A stretch of 32,000 bases of DNA. It comes from Psychrobacter cryohalolentis K5 (GTDB taxonomy: Bacteria > Pseudomonadota > Gammaproteobacteria > Pseudomonadales > Moraxellaceae). Under the pieces are notes generated by a model. That model did not search any database, had not been told where the DNA came from, and worked only from the letters and a program-made list of their open reading frames with translations. The translations under genes and the position numbers were made by a program. Where the stretch lies: assembly GCF_000013905.1 (NCBI RefSeq), contig NC_007969.1:2940001-2972000 (forward strand), written 5' to 3'. Below are positions 27,631 to 32,000 of the stretch, piece by piece. How positions within the stretch are numbered: position 1 is the first letter of the stretch; every line of letters starts with the position of its first letter.

Positions 27631-28693
27631 GGTGTAATGGACATTTTTCATGCTGGCGTAGGGTCTAACGCTATATACTGTCTATATTTGCAAGGAATCA
27701 ACGCCATGAATCAAAAAACTGCCCTTTTTGTCGTGATAAACACATCAAAAAGAATGGACGCAAGCTAGGCAAACAACAGTATCAATGTCTGGCTTGCAGA
27801 CGGCAGTTTTTAGGTGGTAAAAGACTCAATAATCAAACCCTTTGGACTGAATATACCCAAGGGAAACAGACCTACAAACAACTGGCTGATAAGTATCACT
27901 GTAGTCTTAAAACCATTCAAAGGCGCTTAGATAAAGTCAGTACCCAGTATCCAGTTAAACGTCCTACGACTGCTAATATCATCATGGACACCACCTACTT
28001 TGGTCGCAAGTTTGGTTTAATGGTCTTTATGGACAACACCACTAGAACCGTTCTTTATTACGCTGTAGTGAGTCATGAAACCAACAGTGCTTATAAGCAA
28101 GGAGTGGATCACTTAGCATCGTTAGGCGTTGATGTACAAAGCATTACCTGCGATGGCAGACGAGGACTTAGAACGCTTTTTATTAGCACCCCTTGTCAGA
28201 TGTGTCAGTTTCATCAAATGCAAATAGTGACTCGTTACCTGACTCGTCGTCCTAAGAACATCGCGAGCATTGAACTTAGAGGGCTTGCTTTAGACTTAAC
28301 ACAGCTTAATAAAGCTGACTTCATAGAGCACTTAGATTATTGGTATTTGACTCATGAAGATTATCTTAATGAGCGTAGTACCAATGACGATACTGGTAAA
28401 ACGTGGTACACCCACAAGCGTCTTAGAAGTGCTTATCGTAGTCTCAGAACCAATAGTGATTGGTTATTTACTTATCAAGAATGTGAGCAGTTAGACATAC
28501 CAAGCACCACAAATTCTCTTGAAGGTTTGTTTAGTGAGTTAAAGCGACAATTACACAGTCATCATGGGCTAAATGAGCGCCGTAAGTTACGGTTTATTAA
28601 AGACTTTTTAGCATCAAAGTCACTCAAATAGCATGAATTATGTCCATTAGCGACTACCTTCTACTTTTTAGCATGAATTTTGTCCATTACACC
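27631..28693 (+). mobile_element. Compact 1063-bp insertion sequence encoding a Zn-ribbon + DDE transposase (IS256-like core; family tentative)
   Basis: The terminal inverted repeats are GGTGTAATGGACATTTTTCATGCT (27631-27654) and the reverse complement of 28670-28693, with 21/24 matches. The element is flanked by the 8-bp direct repeat GAAGTTTA and carries a single transposase reading frame. Confidence 0.88.
27706..28631 (+). CDS. Transposase (CxxC..CxxC zinc ribbon + DDE), reading frame broken at an A6 tract 3 codons after the ATG (possible pseudogene)
   Basis: ATG 27706 has a good RBS (AAGGA, 9-nt spacer) but is +1 relative to the long frame open from 27669 to 28631. That frame encodes NCPFCRDKH..YQCLACRRQF, then IIMDTTYFG, ITCDGRRG, CQFH and NSLEGLFSELKR. 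It has no ATG/GTG/TTG before 27984. One extra A in the A6 run (27713-27718) would restore MNQKNCPFC... Confidence 0.75.
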
Positions 28694-28701
28694 GAAGTTT
28701 A
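28694..28701. repeat. Right 8-bp target-site duplication GAAGTTTA of the compact IS
   Basis: Direct repeat of 27623-27630, abutting the right inverted repeat. Confidence 0.9.
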
Positions 28702-28760
28702 CTTATAAGCAACTTTATAAAGCCTTAATGTGTAAGGGCTCAAGATTAATAAGCGCAAAC

Positions 28761-28783
28761 AAAAAACCCCTGATACTCCATAT
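28761..28783. terminator. Left part of an IS-disrupted bidirectional terminator (A6-CCCCTGATA-CTCCA-TAT)
   Basis: AAAAAACCCCTGATACTCCATAT immediately precedes the IS3-family left end. Its complement partner TATCAGGGGTTTTTT lies immediately after the right end. Confidence 0.75.
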
Positions 28784-28828
28784 TGAACCGACCCCCATAA
28801 GTTGGACACAACTTATGGGGGTATTTTT

Positions 28829-29347
28829 ATGCGTTACGATCTAGACTTTAAGATGCAAGTCATCGCATACTATCTGCAAGGACATACCGGACTTGCCACA
28901 AGTGAGAAGTTTAAAGTAGATTCGAAACTTGTACAAAAATGGGTTAAGCAATATCAAAGCGGTGGTATAGACGCGATCAAGCCAAAGACAAGTAAGGCTA
29001 AATACAGCAGTGGGTTTAAATACAAAGTGATTACGACCATGCTGACGCAAGGATTAAGTCAATCCGAGGTCGCTTTAACATTTAATATCAGCTCACCTGC
29101 TTTAATTAGCCACTGGCACAAAGCATATCGACAACAAGGCATGTCTGGACTAATAACCAAGCCTAAAGGTAGAGCCGCCATGACCAAGCCATTTATCACA
29201 AGCAAACCAGATGATGAGAAAACCTTAGCAGAGCTTAAGCGTGAGAATGAATACCTACGTGCAGAGGTTGCGTACCTAAAAAAGCTCGATGCCTTGCTCA
29301 AAGCGGAGGAACAAGCAGGCAAAAAGCAAGGCTCATCGAAGCACTAA
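28829..29347 (+). CDS. IS3-family transposase OrfA (HTH DNA-binding, leucine-zipper end)
   Basis: 172 aa from ATG 28829 (the ORF-track TTG 28802 lies inside the IR). It has two HTH-like segments and a C-terminal heptad region (LAELKRENEYLRAEVAYLKKLDALL). Confidence 0.9.
   Translation: MRYDLDFKMQVIAYYLQGHTGLATSEKFKVDSKLVQKWVKQYQSGGIDAIKPKTSKAKYSSGFKYKVITTMLTQGLSQSEVALTFNISSPALISHWHKAYRQQGMSGLITKPKGRAAMTKPFITSKPDDEKTLAELKRENEYLRAEVAYLKKLDALLKAEEQAGKKQGSSKH
29278..29284 (+). promoter_or_regulatory. Programmed -1 ribosomal frameshift heptamer A_AAA_AAG
   Basis: In the orfA frame the codons are CTA AAA AAG. The -1 frame from 29284 is open and runs into OrfB. A stem GCCTTGCT (29291-29298) with AGCAAGGC (29325-29332) starts 6 nt downstream. 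Confidence 0.8.
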
Positions 29348-30174
29348 GACAAGAGCACCCTTTATCTGCTTTGCTAAACATCGCTAAGATGGCTAAAAGT
29401 GTCTTTTACTACCATAGGTGTCAGTTTGACGTTAAAGACAAATATGGAGACTTAAAACAGCGTATTACTGAGCTTTACCATCAGCATAAAGGCAGGTATG
29501 GTTATCGTAGAGTCACGGCTGCATTAAAGCAGCTAGATTGTCATCATAACCATAAGCTCATCGCTAAGCTTATGCATGACATGAAGCTTAGCGCAAAGAT
29601 AAGACGTCAGAAGTATCGCTCCTATAAAGGACAACAAGGTAAGATTGCGAAGAACTATTTAAAACGCCAGTTTCATGCAGATAAACCAAATAAGCGCTGG
29701 CTGACCGATATTACTGAGTTTAAGGTGGGTGATGATAAGCTGTATTTGTCACCCATACTTGATTGTTATAACAATGAGATTGTCAGTTATACACTCTCAA
29801 AGAGACCCACTTATGACTTAGTTGGCAAGATGCTAGAGGATGCTTTGGCAAAGACGAAAGCGTGCCGTGATAACAAGTTAATGCTGCACTCTGATCAAGG
29901 ATGGCATTATCAAATGAGACTGTTTGGACAGGTGCTGAAACAGCATGGTATTAAGCAAAGTATGAGCAGAAAAGGCAACTGTTTGGATAATGCGCTCATG
30001 GAGGGGTTCTTTGGTACCCTAAAGTGTGAGACGATTTATATTGAAAAGCCTAATTCGATTGAAGGTTTAGAGAAACAGATTCATGAGTATATTCACTACT
30101 ATAATCATGAAAGAATTCAACTCAAACTAAAAGGACTGAGTCCTGTTAAGTACAGAACTCAGTCCTTGATATAA
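29284..30174 (+). CDS. IS3-family transposase OrfB / catalytic part of the OrfAB fusion (join 28829..29284, 29284..30174)
   Basis: Intact DD(35)E: WLTDITEF, LHSDQGWHY, NALMEGFFGTLK, with exactly 35 residues between the second D and E. The frame is -1 relative to orfA. Confidence 0.9.
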   Translation, partial: ARCLAQSGGTSRQKARLIEALRQEHPLSALLNIAKMAKSVFYYHRCQFDVKDKYGDLKQRITELYHQHKGRYGYRRVTAALKQLDCHHNHKLIAKLMHDMKLSAKIRRQKYRSYKGQQGKIAKNYLKRQFHADKPNKRWLTDITEFKVGDDKLYLSPILDCYNNEIVSYTLSKRPTYDLVGKMLEDALAKTKACRDNKLMLHSDQGWHYQMRLFGQVLKQHGIKQSMSRKGNCLDNALMEGFFGTLKCETIYIEKPNSIEGLEKQIHEYIHYYNHERIQLKLKGLSPVKYRTQSLI

Positions 30175-30206
30175 ACTAAACCGTCCAACATTTGGGGGTC
30201 AGTTCA

Positions 30207-30221
30207 TATCAGGGGTTTTTT
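30207..30221. terminator. Right part of the IS-disrupted bidirectional terminator (TATCAGGGG-T6)
   Basis: TATCAGGGGTTTTTT is the reverse complement of AAAAAACCCCTGATA at 28761-28775. It lies 30 nt from the acyltransferase stop codon. Confidence 0.75.
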
Positions 30222-30250
30222 ATAAATATAATCTGCTACTGCTTAAAAAA

Positions 30251-30985
30251 CTACTCCGCTGATTTATTAACGTCCTGTAGCGGCTGCGATAAACGCTCAG
30301 GATGTCTTGGAATTACACCTTGATATTGAGCATATATTTTTGGCAAATCGGCTTCGATATCTCCGGTAGGATAGACCAAAGGCATAAAGCGTATCTCTTT
30401 GGTATTGTAATCCAGCGCCACTGGCAAGATTGGCACACCGGCACCCACTGCTAAATAATAAAAGCCTGACTTCCAATTTTTGGTGTACTGACGCGTACCT
30501 TCTGGCGACAACCCCAAAAATAATGGCTCACCTGTTTTAAATTTATCAATACTCGCTTGTAATACGGAGCCTTTATTACGGCGATCAATCGGAACAATAC
30601 CTATCCAATGCAGCAATTGTGCAAGGACCGGCACCTTAAACAAGGTGTGTTTGCCCATAATACTAATTTTCAAATCGAGCGCAAACAAACTAGGTATCGC
30701 ATATACACCGTCGATATTTGATGTATGCGGAAGCGCTAGCACCACCGCCTGTGGAATATTTGCTATCTCACCAACGGTACGCCAGCCAGCCGCTTTTAAG
30801 AATGCAGACGCAATCACTGGCGCAATCTTGTTGCCGCGTCTAGGAACCAAATTCCCAAGCTGTTTTTTATTGAGACTTGGTAATATTTTAGAGCGTTGCG
30901 GCTTAGCACTGTTAGCATTAGAGCGATTAAATAATTTTGATGTCATAACGGCACCATGTAGTAGAAGATATCCATATAATACCAT
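30251..30985 (-). CDS. Lysophospholipid (1-acyl-sn-glycerol-3-phosphate) acyltransferase family protein
   Basis: Has the HX4D motif (HTSNID) and the PEGTR motif (LSPEGTR) of PlsC-like acyltransferases. The start is uncertain (ATG 30985 or ATG 30946, MTSKLF...). Confidence 0.85.
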   Translation of the reverse strand: MVLYGYLLLHGAVMTSKLFNRSNANSAKPQRSKILPSLNKKQLGNLVPRRGNKIAPVIASAFLKAAGWRTVGEIANIPQAVVLALPHTSNIDGVYAIPSLFALDLKISIMGKHTLFKVPVLAQLLHWIGIVPIDRRNKGSVLQASIDKFKTGEPLFLGLSPEGTRQYTKNWKSGFYYLAVGAGVPILPVALDYNTKEIRFMPLVYPTGDIEADLPKIYAQYQGVIPRHPERLSQPLQDVNKSAE

Positions 30986-31080
30986 TAAGCTGGTATCACT
31001 AATCTGGATTTTACATGCTTTTGTTATGTTATAGCTTACTCAATCATGATTATAAATAATGCTAAGCGTCCTAAAAATAG

Positions 31081-32000
31081 CTATGAGATATCGGCTAGAT
31101 TACCTTTATCTTCTAGCCATATCTTACGATCAGCAGCACGCTTTTTGGCTAGCAGCATATCCATCACACTGTTGGTTAGTACCATGTCATCCATATCCAA
31201 TTGGACTAGACGGCGTGTATCACGGTTCATGGTCGTTTCACGCAGCTGCTCGGCACTCATCTCACCCAAGCCTTTAAAACGTGTGATTTGGGCTTTTTTA
31301 TTGCCCGGTACATTGGCTAAAATATGCTGAAGCTCGGTTTCATCTAACGCATAATGCACTTCTTTAGCCACATCGACGCGATAGAGTGGCGGCATTGCGA
31401 CAAATAAATGACCAGCATCGACTAAGGCAGGAAAGTGCTTCACGAATAGCGCACAGATCAAGGTAGCAATATGCAGTCCATCAGAATCGGCATCCGCTAG
31501 GATGCATACCTTGTCATAACGTAGCTCAGATAAATCGTCAGATGCCGGATCAACGCCAATGGCAATCGCAATATCATGAATTTCTTGACTCGAGAGCACT
31601 GTATCTGATGAGACCTCCCACGTATTTAAGATCTTACCACGCAAGGGTAGAATCGCTTGGTAATGACGATCACGTGCTTGCTTCGCACTACCACCCGCAG
31701 AATCCCCTTCTACCAAAAACAGCTCAGCCCCATCACGCAAATCACCGCGGCAATCTGCCAATTTACCGGGCAATGCTGGCCCCTGAGTGATTTTCTTACG
31801 AGCGACTTTTTTTGCCGATTTTAAACGACGTCCTGCTTTGCTAATTGCCAATTCGGCAATTTGCGTACCCATATCGGCATGTTGGTTTAGCCAAAGACTA
31901 AAGGCATCTTTTGCCAATGTCTGCACGGCTCCTGCAGCCTCACGGCTAGATAAGCGCTCTTTGGTCTGTCCAGAAAACTGCGGCTCAGAGAACTTAAGAG
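31081..32000 (-). CDS. parE: DNA topoisomerase IV subunit B, C-terminal part (gene continues past the window end)
   Basis: Toprim and tail motifs (LPGKLADC, EGDSAGGSAKQARDR, QAILPLRGKILN, ILADADSDGLHI, MPPLYR, FKGLGEM). It lacks the large GyrB-type insertion and has a ParE-like C-terminal end (MDMLLAKKRAADRKIWLE). The frame stays open upstream of the ORF-track GTG to position 32000 (..EPQFSGQTKERLSSRE..). Confidence 0.95.
   Translation of the reverse strand, partial: LKFSEPQFSGQTKERLSSREAAGAVQTLAKDAFSLWLNQHADMGTQIAELAISKAGRRLKSAKKVARKKITQGPALPGKLADCRGDLRDGAELFLVEGDSAGGSAKQARDRHYQAILPLRGKILNTWEVSSDTVLSSQEIHDIAIAIGVDPASDDLSELRYDKVCILADADSDGLHIATLICALFVKHFPALVDAGHLFVAMPPLYRVDVAKEVHYALDETELQHILANVPGNKKAQITRFKGLGEMSAEQLRETTMNRDTRRLVQLDMDDMVLTNSVMDMLLAKKRAADRKIWLEDKGNLADIS

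Larger units (their letters stand above)
28784..30206 (+). mobile_element. IS3-family insertion sequence (1423 bp, two-ORF with -1 frameshift; IS150-group-like)
   Basis: TG...CA termini. IRL is TGAACCGACCCCCATAAGTTGGAC (28784-) and the IRR reverse complement is TGAACTGACCCCCAAATGTTGGAC (-30206), 21/24 matches. The 3-bp direct repeat TAT is at 28781-28783 and 30207-30209. The orfA/orfB organisation is typical of the family. Confidence 0.93.

Noticed and set aside
27706-27768. 20-codon ORF MNQKTALFVVINTSKRMDAS as a genuine small protein
   Set aside because: It is best explained as the out-of-frame start of the transposase gene across the A6 tract.
27631-30206. The two adjacent IS elements as a composite transposon
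   Set aside because: They belong to different families, each has its own TSD, and only about 90 bp of non-coding DNA (the native intergenic sequence) lies between them. These are two independent insertions.
1-32000. CRISPR arrays, rRNA or tRNA genes, integron attC sites, prophage or integrase genes
   Set aside because: None was detected on inspection. The only repeats are the short tandem repeats, IS termini and terminator hairpins listed above.

Overview
This looks like a chromosomal core segment of a moderately AT-rich gammaproteobacterium. Gene content, synteny and many low-complexity inserts suggest Moraxellaceae, Psychrobacter-like; that is inference, not a database search. Almost all coding capacity is recognisable housekeeping. 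From left to right: hisF; a ribH-nusB-thiL-pgpA cluster; glmU-glmS; a YahK-like Zn alcohol dehydrogenase; an RND efflux pair (membrane fusion protein plus permease); an oversized OmpW-family porin; recG; a patatin-like lipoprotein; a small secreted beta-sandwich-like protein; argA; a Mip/FkpA-like FKBP lipoprotein; a 'conserved TM helix' repeat membrane protein; a PlsC-like acyltransferase; and the 3' part of parE. Clean A-tract/hairpin/T-tract intrinsic terminators sit at nearly every convergent junction. The only accessory-looking patch is about 25.1-30.2 kb. It holds an orphan 467-aa protein with an in-frame hexanucleotide microsatellite, an SDR whose catalytic and cofactor motifs are degenerate, and two different insertion sequences, each with an intact target-site duplication. 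One IS is a compact 1063-bp Zn-ribbon/DDE element whose transposase start is out of frame across an A6 tract. The other is a 1423-bp IS3-family element with a textbook A_AAA_AAG frameshift cassette, inserted into the hairpin of the terminator shared by the convergent SDR and acyltransferase genes. I see no CRISPR array, tRNA, rRNA or convincing multi-gene defence or novel system. The best follow-up targets are the orphan protein, the degenerate SDR, the compact IS, and a boxA-like motif upstream of an unusually long nusB.
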